Below, in pieces: positions 10,018-19,649 of a stretch of DNA of 64,000 nucleotides. The stretch covers positions 288,001 through 352,000 of the forward strand of contig CAVZMH010000022.1 in assembly GCA_963776345.1 (NCBI GenBank), given 5' to 3'. Numbering within the stretch: the first letter of the stretch is position 1; each line of letters starts with the position of its first letter. Under the pieces are notes generated by a model that searched no databases, was not told the origin of the DNA, and saw only the letters and a program-made list of their open reading frames with translations. The translations under genes were made by a program, and so were the position numbers. The stretch comes from an uncultured delta proteobacterium (GTDB lineage: Bacteria; Myxococcota; Myxococcia; Myxococcales; Myxococcaceae).

Positions 10018-10846
10018 CTAGGGCCCTGGCCACGTCCTCCTCCTCGAAGAAGTTCTTCGCGGCCTTGCCCAGCGTCTGCGCCCGCTGGGCCGCGGCCACC
10101 GCCTCGGCGTTCTTCCCCGCGGCGTGGAGGAGCTGCGCCCGGGTCCAGACGTTGTTCCACTCCTCCTTGAGCTTGATGGAGCGGTCGGCGAGCTGCATCG
10201 CCAGCGCGGGCTCGATGCCGGCGCCGAGCAGGTAGCGGGCGGCGGCGTTGTAGGGCTTCCAGTCGTCGCCCTTCAGCGCGCGGATCTGGGAGAGCACCTT
10301 CTCCCGGGTCCCGGTGGTGAACCTCACCGCCACCCGCTGGGTCTCCCACTCCATCACCAGGGCGCCCTTCTCGTCGTCGAAGTCGACGATGGCGAAGGCC
10401 AGGCGCTCGCGGAGCGGGACCGTGCTCGCGGCGGCCGTGACGCGGAGGGCGTCCTCAGACTGCTTGTAGTCGCCCGCGCCCCACAGCTCGGTGTTCTTGC
10501 TGAGGATGAAGGTCCAGCCGGACTTCTGCGGCAGGAAGAACAGGCAGTAGGCGCCGGCGGGCACCGGCTTGCCCTCGATCGACACCGGTGTGGAGAAGGT
10601 CACCTTGGTGCACTCGTTGGCGCCGGCGCGCCAGAGCTCGTCGAAGGGCACCACCTCGCCCCAGATCTTCCGGCCCCTCACCGAGGGGCTCGAGTAGACG
10701 ATGGAGATGTCGGTCAGGCCCACGGTCTGGGTCGCCGACCCCTTCGGGCTCGGGCGGGGAAGGTCGAGCTTCGGCGCGGGCTGGGCGAGCGCGGCGCCGG
10801 CGCCGAGCGCCACGGAGAGGATGACCTGGGAGATCGAACGCAGCAC
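10001..10846 (-). CDS. DUF2911-domain secreted protein
   Basis: Signal peptide then PRPSP....QTVGLTDISIVYSSPSVRGRKIWG.VVPF..LWRAGANE.T; C-terminal TPR-like helices; GTG start at 10846. Confidence 0.85.
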   Translation of the reverse strand: MLRSISQVILSVALGAGAALAQPAPKLDLPRPSPKGSATQTVGLTDISIVYSSPSVRGRKIWGEVVPFDELWRAGANECTKVTFSTPVSIEGKPVPAGAYCLFFLPQKSGWTFILSKNTELWGAGDYKQSEDALRVTAAASTVPLRERLAFAIVDFDDEKGALVMEWETQRVAVRFTTGTREKVLSQIRALKGDDWKPYNAAARYLLGAGIEPALAMQLADRSIKLKEEWNNVWTRAQLLHAAGKNAEAVAAAQRAQTLGKAAKNFFEEEDVARALVSWKK

Positions 10847-11096
10847 TGCCGCCTCGGTGGAGAAGGGTGGGGCCGCGGAGCATATCCAACCGCTCGCGGG
10901 CGGTGGGTCCACTTCGCTCCGGCAGGTCTCGCCGACCCGGCCGGGGTAGCCCCGGAACCAGTCGTCTCGCCCATCTGCAGACTGGCGTCTTCCTTGCTGA
11001 ACGAACGGTCGGAGGGGGAGCCGGTCCGCCCGTCTCGTTGCTCGTCCGCGCGGGTCGTCCGGTTCTCTTCGTTGGACGAGCGGTCTCGAGTCGAAC

Positions 11097-11336
11097 ATGA
11101 AGCGGTGGATGTGGGTCGCCGGAGCGCTCGCCCTGAGCGGTTGCCTGCCGATGGACGGCGGGACCGGCTCCAACACGAACTCCAGCAGCAGCCAGCAGCA
11201 GTGCAACACCGGCTACTGCTACTCGTACCTCGAGGGCGTCTGCTGCCCGAGGTCCGCGCCGTACGCCTGCAATGGGTCCTGCTACACCTATTCTGGCGGT
11301 GGCGGGTGCAGCAGCTACAAGACCCAGTGCTTCTAG
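11097..11336 (+). CDS. Small Cys-rich lipoprotein
   Basis: Lipobox LSGC plus 8 further Cys in 79 aa. Confidence 0.75.
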   Translation: MKRWMWVAGALALSGCLPMDGGTGSNTNSSSSQQQCNTGYCYSYLEGVCCPRSAPYACNGSCYTYSGGGGCSSYKTQCF

Positions 11337-11352
11337 CGCTGAGCGGACGAGG

Positions 11353-11700
11353 TCACTGACAGACGTTGTTGCAGCTCGCCGGCGTCACGCCGTTGGTGAC
11401 GTCGGTGCATGACTCGTTGCCGTAGTCGTTGATGCAGCTGCTGGCGGCCGAGGCGTTGTAGCTCTTCCCGCTCGGGCACGAGGTGTTGGTGCTGGTGCAG
11501 CCCGCGGAGAGGGTGGAGGCACAGGTCGAGGCATTGCCGTAGAGCTGCGCCGCGCCGGCGGCGTTGCACTGGAAGAGCTTGTTGCACACGGTGGTGAACA
11601 CGCTCTTGCAGGCCGCGACCGGGTCCGAGGTGTTGTTGCTGGATCCGCCGCAGCCGAGGACGGCGGCGGCGAGGATGAAGGCGGACAGCGTGCGATGCAT
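11353..11700 (-). CDS. Cys-rich lipoprotein
   Basis: RBS AAGGAGG, lipobox VLGC plus 10 further Cys in 115 aa. Confidence 0.8.
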   Translation of the reverse strand: MHRTLSAFILAAAVLGCGGSSNNTSDPVAACKSVFTTVCNKLFQCNAAGAAQLYGNASTCASTLSAGCTSTNTSCPSGKSYNASAASSCINDYGNESCTDVTNGVTPASCNNVCQ

Positions 11701-11851
11701 GTGAGACCTCCTTCGGGTTCGCCCCGGAGGCTAGGGACGCGGCTCGAGCACCCGGCAGGTGCGCTTCGGAAATACCGGGTGGGCCACCGAGGTCCTGGCA
11801 TCCCGTCGCACGCCGGTTAGTCTCCCGCGCCTTCGCCCCCGGAGGTGGTCC

Positions 11852-13832
11852 CTGACGTCGCTCCCGCTCCTCGCGCTCTCCGTGCTCTCCGCAGCCCCCG
11901 GGCAGCCCGGCGTCGAGTCCGCGCTCGCCGAGCTGAACCGGCTGGTGGAGCTCAAGCGGGTCGCCCTCTCCCCCGATGGCGGCCGGGTGGCATGGGTGGA
12001 GGCGGCGCCCACGCCGGCCGGGCCGTCCGGGCGGCTGAAGATCATCCGCCTGGCCGCGCGCAGCGGCGGCGCTCCGGTGCGGATCACCGCGGCGAAGGAC
12101 GGCGCCGACCACGAGGAGGACGAGCCGGTCTTCTCGCCCGACGGCACCCGGCTGGCCTTCCTCTCCGACGCCGAGCAGGCCGGACAGCCGCAGCTCTACG
12201 TGGCCGACGTGCCGAGCGGCGGGGTGCGCAAGCTGACCCAGGCCACGGGCCACCTCGAGACGCCCCGCTGGTCGCCGGACGGGAAGCGCCTGGCGGTCCT
12301 CTACCTCGAGGGCGCGGCCGATGCGCTCGGGCCGCTGGGCCCCAGCGCGCGCGAGACCGGCGTCATCGGGTCGGCGGTGCGGGAGCAGCGCATCGCGCTG
12401 GTGCCGGCAGAGGGTGGACGGCTTCTGCCCGTCTCTCCCGACGACCTGTTCATCTACGAGTACGCCTGGAGCCCCGACGGCACCGCCTTCGCCGCCACCG
12501 GGGCGCACGGCTCCGGGGACGACAACTGGTGGACCGCCGAGCTGTTCATCGTCCCGACGGCGGGCGGGCCGGCGCGGGTGCTCCACCATCCGGCGCTCCA
12601 GCTCTGCGAGCCCACCTGGAGCCCGGACGGCACGCGCGTCGCGTTCATCGAGGGGCTGATGAGCGACTTCGGCGCGAACGGAGGGGACGTCCTCGTCGTC
12701 CCGGTGACGGGCGCTCGGGCCCGGAACGTGACTCCGGGGATGCGTGCCTCGGCGGCCCAGCTGGTGTGGACGCGCGAGGCGGGGCTCGTCGCGACGGCGC
12801 TCATGGGCGGCGACACGGCCTTCCTCCGCGTGGACCCCGACCGGCCGGGCACGCCGGCGACGCTCTGGCGGGGGCCCGAGCATCTGACCGCGCGCTGGGG
12901 CACCTCGGCTGCGTTCTCCCGGGACGGGTCGACGGTCGCGGTGGCGCGCCAGACCGGCATCGAGCCGCCCGAGGTGTGGGCCGGGCCCATCGGCCGCTGG
13001 ACCGCAGGTCTCACACGCCAACGCGGGGCTGCGGAGCCCGGCGGCGCGGGTGGAGAGCCTCTCGTGGAGGAGCGACCGGTGGGACGTCCAGGGCTGGCTG
13101 TACCTGCCGCCCGAGGACGCATGGCCCGGCAGGCGACCGCTGGTGGTCTCGGTGCACGGCGGGCCCGCGGGGGTGGCGACGAACGCGTTCGACATCCGGC
13201 TGCTGGTGCTGGTGAGCCAGGGCTACGCGGTGCTCGCCCCGAATCCCCGCGGCAGCTTCGGGCAGGGCGAGGCGTTCACGCGGGGGAACGTGAAGGACTT
13301 CGGGCACGGTGACCTGAGGGACATCCTCGCCGGCGTCGACCGGGCGGTCCGCACGGCCCGGGTCGACGGCGCGCGGGTCGGCATCCGCGGGCACAGCTAC
13401 GGCGGGTACATGGCCATGTTCGCGGTGACGCAGACGTCGCGCTTCAAGGCCGCGGTGGCGGGCGCGGGCATCGCCAACTGGCAGAGCTACTACGGCCAGA
13501 ACAAGATCGATCAGTGGATGCTGCCGTACTTCGGCGCCACGGTGTACGCCGACCCGGCGGTGTACGCCCGGAGCTCGCCGATGCAGTTCATCACCCGGGT
13601 GAAGACCCCGACGCTGGTGCTGGTGGGCGAGCGCGACGCCGAGTGCCCCGCCCCGCAGAGCTACGAGTTCTGGCACGCGCTGAAGACGCTCAGCGTCCCG
13701 ACCGAGCTGGTGGTCTACGCCGACGAGGGACACATGTTCCGGGATCCGGCGCACGTGCTGGACGCGACGCAGCGCGAGGTGGGGTGGCTCGATCGCTACC
13801 TCGGGAGCCCGGGGCCCGCCGCGGCTCGCTAG
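11852..13832 (+). CDS. S9 (prolyl oligopeptidase / acylaminoacyl peptidase) family peptidase, frameshifted near 13002
   Basis: PD40-like SPDG propeller repeats in ORF 11759..13312; catalytic domain VHGGP, GHSYGG, Asp in GERD, His in EGH in ORF 13050..13832; removing one C at about 13002 gives WTQVSHANAGLRSPAARVESLSW. Start uncertain (in-frame CTG after GGAGG). Confidence 0.85.
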
Positions 13833-13971
13833 ACCGGGAGGGCCGCTCCTTGCGAACCTCCCACCCGCCGCTGCCTCATGGCTGGCCGCCGGGCTGGCGG
13901 TCGCCTGGCTCCGGCGAGGCAGGGCGCTGAGATCAGGCCCCGGAACCGCGTAAGCTCCGGCCCCCAGAGCG

Positions 13972-15066
13972 ATGTCCGACATGCCCCACAACCGAATCGA
14001 CGACGTCCGGATCGCGCGGCTGCGCCCGGTCCTTCCCCCTGCCATCCTCATCGAGCAGCTGCCCCTCGGGCCCGCCGCGGAGGCCTTCGTCTACGCCGCA
14101 CGCCGCGAGGTGAGCGCCGTCCTCCACGGGATGGACGACCGGCTGCTGGTGGTGGTGGGCCCCTGCTCCATCCACGACGTGGACGCCGCACGGGCCTATG
14201 CCGAACGGCTGGCCGCGGTGGAGCGCCGGCTCTCGGACGCTCTCTTGCTGGTGATGCGCGTCTACTTCGAGAAGCCACGCACCCGGGTGGGGTGGAAGGG
14301 GCTGATCAACGATCCGCACCTCGACGGGAGCTTCCGGATCAACGAGGGGCTCACGCTCGCCCGAGGGCTCCTGGTCGGGCTCGCCGAGCAGCACGTCCGC
14401 GCGGGCTGCGAGTTCCTCGACACCATCACCCCGCAGTTCCTGGCCGACACGGTGTCCTGGGGCGCCATCGGCGCGCGCACCACCGAGAGCCAGGTGCACC
14501 GCGAGCTCGCCTCGGGCCTCTCGATGCCGGTGGGCTTCAAGAACGGCACGGACGGGAACGTGAAGATCGCCATCGACGCGGTGACCGCGTCGGGGCATCC
14601 CCACTGCTTCCTCTCGGTGACCAAGCAGGGCCTCGCGGCGATCGTCGAGACCAAGGGCAACCCCGACACCCATCTCATCCTCCGCGGCTCCTCCAGCGGC
14701 CCGAACTTCGACTCGGCATCGGTGGCGGCGGCCTGCGCCGGGCTCCGCGAGGCCGGCCAGCGGCCCCGCCTCATGGTGGACTGCTCACACGGCAACAGCG
14801 GGAAGGACCCGCGCCGGCAGATCGACGTCGCGGCCGAGCTCGGGCTCCGCCGCGCCGAGGGCGACCAGGCGGTGTTCGGGGTGATGCTGGAGAGCCACCT
14901 CGTCGAGGGCCGGCAGGCTCCTGGGCCCCGGGCGCAGCTGAGGTACGGCCAGAGCATCACCGACGCGTGCCTGGGCTGGGAGGCGACCGAGGAGGTCCTC
15001 GGCGGGCTCGCCGAGGCGGTCCGCACCGGGCGCGCCCGGGCCGCGGGTCCTCGCGCCGCCGGTTGA
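13972..15066 (+). CDS. aroG: Class I DAHP synthase (AroG/AroF/AroH type)
   Basis: VVGPCSIHD, MRVYFEKPRT.VGWKGLINDP, IGARTTESQVHRELASGLS, MVDCSHGNS, YGQSITDAC; isoenzyme specificity cannot be determined here. Confidence 0.93.
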   Translation: MSDMPHNRIDDVRIARLRPVLPPAILIEQLPLGPAAEAFVYAARREVSAVLHGMDDRLLVVVGPCSIHDVDAARAYAERLAAVERRLSDALLLVMRVYFEKPRTRVGWKGLINDPHLDGSFRINEGLTLARGLLVGLAEQHVRAGCEFLDTITPQFLADTVSWGAIGARTTESQVHRELASGLSMPVGFKNGTDGNVKIAIDAVTASGHPHCFLSVTKQGLAAIVETKGNPDTHLILRGSSSGPNFDSASVAAACAGLREAGQRPRLMVDCSHGNSGKDPRRQIDVAAELGLRRAEGDQAVFGVMLESHLVEGRQAPGPRAQLRYGQSITDACLGWEATEEVLGGLAEAVRTGRARAAGPRAAG

Positions 15067-15080
15067 GCCAGGCCGGACCG

Positions 15081-16439
15081 GTGACCTCGGTGTCCGGATC
15101 CGCCCCGCCCCAGGTCGCCGACCCGAGCGCCGTCCGGGAGGCCCCGGGTCCCGGCATCTACCGGGCCGTCCGCGGGGTGGTGGCGTTCGCGCTGGGGTTC
15201 TTCTACCGGATCGAGCGCGCCGGTCCGCCGTTGCCGGAGGGTCCGCTGGTGCTGGTGGGGAACCACCCCAACGCGCTGGTCGATCCGGGGCTGATGATCG
15301 CCGTCGCCTCGCGTCCGCTGACCTTCCTGGCCAAGGAGCCGATCTTCCGAATACCGGTGCTCGGGCCGCTGGTGCGCGCGCTGGGGGCGCTCCCGGTGGT
15401 ACGCGCCCAGGACGATCCGGGCCGGATGCGCGAGAACCTCGAGGCGCTGGGAGCCGCCGCCCGCGGTCTGGCCTCGGGACGGGCGGTGGCGCTCTTCCCC
15501 GAGGGACGGAGTCACTCCGAGCCGTCGCTCGGTGCGCTGAAGACCGGCGCGGCCCGGCTCGCCCTCGGGGCGGGTGTCCCGGTCCGCATCGTGCCGGTCG
15601 GCTTCACCTACGCCGAGAAGGCCCGCTTCCGCAGCGCGGTCCGGGTCGAGTTCGGACCCGCGCTCGACGTGGAGCCGGGTCCGGCCGAGCCGGAGCGGGT
15701 GCGCGCCCTCACCGAGCGGATCGCCGTGGCCCTGCGAGGCCTGACGCTCGACCTCGCGGCCTGGGAGGACCTGCCGCTCGTCGAGGCGGCGGACGCGCTC
15801 TACGTGCTCGCCAACGCGGCGCCGGCCCGCGACGCCGGGCGGCAGCGGCTCTTCGCCCGCGGTCTGGCGCTTCTCCGGGCGGAGCAGCCCGAGCGCGCCG
15901 CCGCGCTCGCCGACCAGGTGCTCGCCTTCCAGCGCCGCCTCACGCTGACCCGCGCCGACGCCACCGACCTCGGGATCCGCTACCGGCCCTGGACGGTGCT
16001 GCGCTTCGCGCTGCGGAACGTCCTCGCCCTGGCGCTCGGCCTGCCCCTCGCCGCGCTCGGCGTGCTCGCCTTCGGGCTCCCGGTGCTGGGGACCCGCCTC
16101 GGGCTGCGGCTCGCCCGCACCGAGCCCGACATGGTGGCCACCGTGAAGCTGCTGACCGGGCTGGTGGTCGGTCCGCTCTGGGTCGGCGCGCTGGCCCTGG
16201 CCGCGGGGGCGTGGCTCAGGCCCTGGTGGGCGGTGGCCGTCGCCGCCGGCGCCTTGCCGCTCGCGCTCTTCACCCGCCGGTTCATCTCCCGGCGGGCGGA
16301 GGCGATCCGGGATGCGCGCCTCTTCTTCCTCCTGGGGAACCGCTCGGCCCGGAAGCGGCAGCTGCTCGCCGAGGCCCGGGACCTCGCCGCACGGGTGACG
16401 ACCCTGGCGGACGAGCTGCTGCCCCGGCTCACCGGCTGA
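15081..16439 (+). CDS. Lysophospholipid/glycerol acyltransferase family membrane protein
   Basis: NHPNALVD (HX4D) and LFPEGRSH motifs; C-terminal TM helices. Confidence 0.88.
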   Translation: MTSVSGSAPPQVADPSAVREAPGPGIYRAVRGVVAFALGFFYRIERAGPPLPEGPLVLVGNHPNALVDPGLMIAVASRPLTFLAKEPIFRIPVLGPLVRALGALPVVRAQDDPGRMRENLEALGAAARGLASGRAVALFPEGRSHSEPSLGALKTGAARLALGAGVPVRIVPVGFTYAEKARFRSAVRVEFGPALDVEPGPAEPERVRALTERIAVALRGLTLDLAAWEDLPLVEAADALYVLANAAPARDAGRQRLFARGLALLRAEQPERAAALADQVLAFQRRLTLTRADATDLGIRYRPWTVLRFALRNVLALALGLPLAALGVLAFGLPVLGTRLGLRLARTEPDMVATVKLLTGLVVGPLWVGALALAAGAWLRPWWAVAVAAGALPLALFTRRFISRRAEAIRDARLFFLLGNRSARKRQLLAEARDLAARVTTLADELLPRLTG

Positions 16440-16476
16440 GGCGCGGGGCGCCCCGTCGTGCGATGGTCGAGGGTCG

Positions 16477-18054
16477 ATGAGCCAGATGCGCTGGTTCGTG
16501 CGCGGGGACGTCGACGGGTTCTTCGGGCTGGCGCTGGACAACCTGGTCCAGCTGCTCGTCCTGTCCGAGCTGTGCCGGGCGGTGCTCGGCTTCCCCGACG
16601 CGCTGGTCTACGGGCGCATTCTCCCGGGGGCGGCGGTCTCGCTCCTGGTGGGCAACCTCTTCTACGCCTGGCAGGCGATGCGGCTCGCGCGCGCGACCGG
16701 ACGGCAGGACGTCTGCGCGCTGCCCTACGGCATCAACACCGTCTCGCTCTTCGCCTACGTCTTCCTGGTGATGCTCCCGGCGAAGCTGGCGGCGGAGGCC
16801 GCGGGCGCGGCCGATCCGTCGAGGGTGGCGTGGCAGGCGGGCCTGGTGGCGTGCTTCGGCTCGGGAGCGATCGAGCTGCTGGGGAGCACGGTCTCCGAGC
16901 GCGTCCGGAGGTCCACCCCGCGCGCCGCGCTCCTCTCCACCCTGGCCGGCATCGCCCTGACCTTCATCGCCATCGGCTTCCTGTTCCGGGCGTACACCCG
17001 GCCGATCATCGGGCTCGGCACGCTGGCCATCATCCTCCTGGTCTACTTCGGCCGCGTCCGGTTCCGGGGCGGGCTCCCGGGCGGCCTGGTGGCCATCGCG
17101 CTCGGCACCGGCTTCGCCTGGCTCACCGGTCTGGCGCCGGCAGGCGTTGCTCCTCCGGGACCCGCGTTCCATCCGCCGGTGCCAGTGCTCGGAGCGCTCG
17201 TCGACGCGTTCGGCGGCGGGTTCTGGGCGGCGTACTTCTCGGTCATCCTCCCGATGGGGCTCTTCGCCACGGTGGGCTCGATCGAGAACATCGAGTCCGC
17301 CCGGGCCGCCGGCGATCCCTACCCGGCCGGCATCTCGCTGGCGGTGAACGGCGTGGGCACCCTGGCCGCCTGTGCGTTCGGCTCGTGCTTCCCGACCACC
17401 ATCTACATCGGGCATCCGGGGTGGAAGGCGCTGGGGGCGCGCGCCGGGTACTCGGTCCTGAACGGCGCCTTCATGACCCTCATCTGCCTGACGGGGACGG
17501 TGCGGTGGATCGCCTGGGCGGTGCCCATCGACGCCGGGATGGCCATCGTCCTGTGGATCGGCATCGTCATGGGCGCGCAGGCGTTCCAGGCCACGCCGCG
17601 CGCGCATGCCCCCGCGGTGGTGGTGGGGCTCCTGCCGAGCCTCGCCGCCTGGGGCGTCTACATGGCCAAGTCCGGGCTGCACGCGGCCGGGCTCGGCGTG
17701 CCGGGAGGGCAGCCGTTCTCCGCGGACCTGCTCGGCACCTTCCTCCGCTCCGATCTGTGGATGGATGGTGCGCTGAGGCTCGAGCAGGGGTTCATCCTGA
17801 GCAGCGTGATCCTCGCGGCGGCCACGGTCTGTGTCATCGAGCGGCGTTTCCGCCTCGCCGCCGGGTGGTGCCTCGCCGGCGCGGTGCTCTCGGCCGTCGG
17901 CCTGGTCCACTCCTACCGCTGGACACCTGCCGACACGGTGCTGTCGCTCGCTCCGGCGTGGCCCTGGGCTCTCGGGTACGCGGTGATGGCGCTCTGCTTC
18001 GCCGTCGCGCCTTGGGTCACGCGTCCGGTGGACGACGCGTCCGGCGGACACTGA
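16477..18054 (+). CDS. NCS2/AzgA-like nucleobase permease
   Basis: GDVDGFFGLALDNLVQLL, ALPYGINTVS, ENIESA.AAGD.Y, PTTIYIGHPGWKALGARAGYS; many TM segments. Confidence 0.8.
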   Translation: MSQMRWFVRGDVDGFFGLALDNLVQLLVLSELCRAVLGFPDALVYGRILPGAAVSLLVGNLFYAWQAMRLARATGRQDVCALPYGINTVSLFAYVFLVMLPAKLAAEAAGAADPSRVAWQAGLVACFGSGAIELLGSTVSERVRRSTPRAALLSTLAGIALTFIAIGFLFRAYTRPIIGLGTLAIILLVYFGRVRFRGGLPGGLVAIALGTGFAWLTGLAPAGVAPPGPAFHPPVPVLGALVDAFGGGFWAAYFSVILPMGLFATVGSIENIESARAAGDPYPAGISLAVNGVGTLAACAFGSCFPTTIYIGHPGWKALGARAGYSVLNGAFMTLICLTGTVRWIAWAVPIDAGMAIVLWIGIVMGAQAFQATPRAHAPAVVVGLLPSLAAWGVYMAKSGLHAAGLGVPGGQPFSADLLGTFLRSDLWMDGALRLEQGFILSSVILAAATVCVIERRFRLAAGWCLAGAVLSAVGLVHSYRWTPADTVLSLAPAWPWALGYAVMALCFAVAPWVTRPVDDASGGH

Positions 18055-18135
18055 GGCGTGCCCGGCCGCGAATCCTCCGGAGGCGCTGCTGGCTCTCAGC
18101 AGGTCAACGAAGCCCCAAGCGAGGAGACGCGTCCG

Positions 18136-18378
18136 ATGTGCACCAGGGTGACCTGCCGGGTCTGCGGCAAGGCGACATTCAGCGGTTGCGGCCGCCATGT
18201 GGAGAGCGTTCTCCGCGGCGTGCCCGCGGACCAGCGGTGTCGCTGCGAGCCGACGAGCCAGCCTGGCCTGCTCTCCGCCTTGCTCGGGCTGGAATCCCCC
18301 GGGGATCCCAGCGCAAGTAGCGCACCGCTCCCGGATGTAGTCCCAAGGTCCGATGCTCCCCTTCCGCGGGCTCGGTAG
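18136..18378 (+). CDS. Small Cys/His-rich putative metal-binding protein
   Basis: RBS GAGGAG; MCTRVTCRVCGKATFSGCGRHVE...QRCRC (6 Cys and 1 His in 37 aa). Confidence 0.7.
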   Translation: MCTRVTCRVCGKATFSGCGRHVESVLRGVPADQRCRCEPTSQPGLLSALLGLESPGDPSASSAPLPDVVPRSDAPLPRAR

Positions 18379-18445
18379 CCTCCCGGGGGGTCTGCCATCC
18401 GCTCGCACCGCCGCAGCGGGTGCTCGGAAATCCACGGGAGCCGCC

Positions 18446-19405
18446 GTGAACATCACCTGCGTCGCCCTCGAGGACGGTGGCTTGCTGAGGCCGGAGGCGG
18501 AGCCCACGGCGGTCGCGGCGTGGCGAGCCGGCGGAGGCCCGTTCTGGATCCACCTCACCGGTGCCCGGCCGGAGGACGTCGAGGCCTGGCTGGCGAGGCT
18601 CGGTCTGGATCCCGAGCTCCTGGAGCTCCTGAAGCAGCGGGAGGGTGAGACGAGGATCCTGCCCCTGGCGGACGCGGTCTTCGTCGCCTACCCCCTGCCA
18701 TCGGGAGCAGAGGGTCAGAGGGCCACTCACTTCGGCTTCCTCTGTCTCGACCGGCTCCTGGTCACCATGCACGCGGACCTCGAACAGTCCGCGGTGCTTG
18801 GTGTGGGTCTCGACAGGCTGAAGCTCCGGGAAGGATCGACCGCGGGCGTGGTCTGCGCCCTGGCTCTGGTCCATTCCGCGCGCATGCGACAGCAGGTGGT
18901 GGCCCTCCGCGGCGAGGGAGATGCGCTCACCGACCGGATGGACTCCGATCCCTGGGCGGTCTCCATCGGAGAGATCCTGGCCTTGAAGCGCCGGGTGCTG
19001 TCGCTGGGCGGCTTCGTGGACGAGGAGCTCGCAGTGCTCGAGGTCCTGAAGGCCAGCAACCTCGCCACGCTGCCGCTGAGTCATCTGGCGGGGACCTTCC
19101 AGATCGCGATCGAGGTGACCCAAGCCACGGACCATGACATCGACCGCCTCGATCGCCGCGTGGGCGACCTCCACCGCCGGTACGAATCGGCCCAGCAGGA
19201 GAGGGCGAGCCGCCGCCTCGGCCTGCTGACCGTCATCTCGGCCGTCTTCATGCCGCTGACGCTCATCGCCGGCATCTACGGCATGAACTTCGAGGTGATG
19301 CCGGAGCTCCACTACCGCTATGGCTATCCGATCGCCGTGGGAGCCATGGCGCTGATCGCCGGCGGCCTCACCTGGTACTTCCGCACCCGGTGGTGGGGGA
19401 AGTGA
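18446..19405 (+). CDS. corA: CorA-family divalent cation transporter
   Basis: LTVISAVFMPLTLIAGIYGMNF..MPEL signature and two C-terminal TM helices; GTG start after GGAG. Confidence 0.88.
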   Translation: MNITCVALEDGGLLRPEAEPTAVAAWRAGGGPFWIHLTGARPEDVEAWLARLGLDPELLELLKQREGETRILPLADAVFVAYPLPSGAEGQRATHFGFLCLDRLLVTMHADLEQSAVLGVGLDRLKLREGSTAGVVCALALVHSARMRQQVVALRGEGDALTDRMDSDPWAVSIGEILALKRRVLSLGGFVDEELAVLEVLKASNLATLPLSHLAGTFQIAIEVTQATDHDIDRLDRRVGDLHRRYESAQQERASRRLGLLTVISAVFMPLTLIAGIYGMNFEVMPELHYRYGYPIAVGAMALIAGGLTWYFRTRWWGK

Positions 19406-19649
19406 AGGGCGACGGAGAGCGCGCTGCAGTGTGTGCGCCGGTGCAGACGGTGGACGCAAGGAATGCGCAAGGCCGCGTCGTCAGCGCCGCGCCTTCACGT
19501 CGGCAGCCTCGGAGATTCCGGCATCTGGCCGGAGCGGATCGGCGTGGTGGCGCCGTCCTTCCCCGCCGGTCGTTGCGGCGGCGCCCGAGGCGAGGATTCA
19601 CGAATCCGCCCCTGGTCCGGGCACGCGCATTGCTTTGGCGGAGGGTGGG

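Noticed and set aside
10850..11096. Intergenic inverted repeat (GCTCGTCC...GGACGAGC) as a riboswitch or ncRNA
   Set aside because: An 8-bp GC-rich stem is expected by chance, and I recognised no riboswitch consensus.
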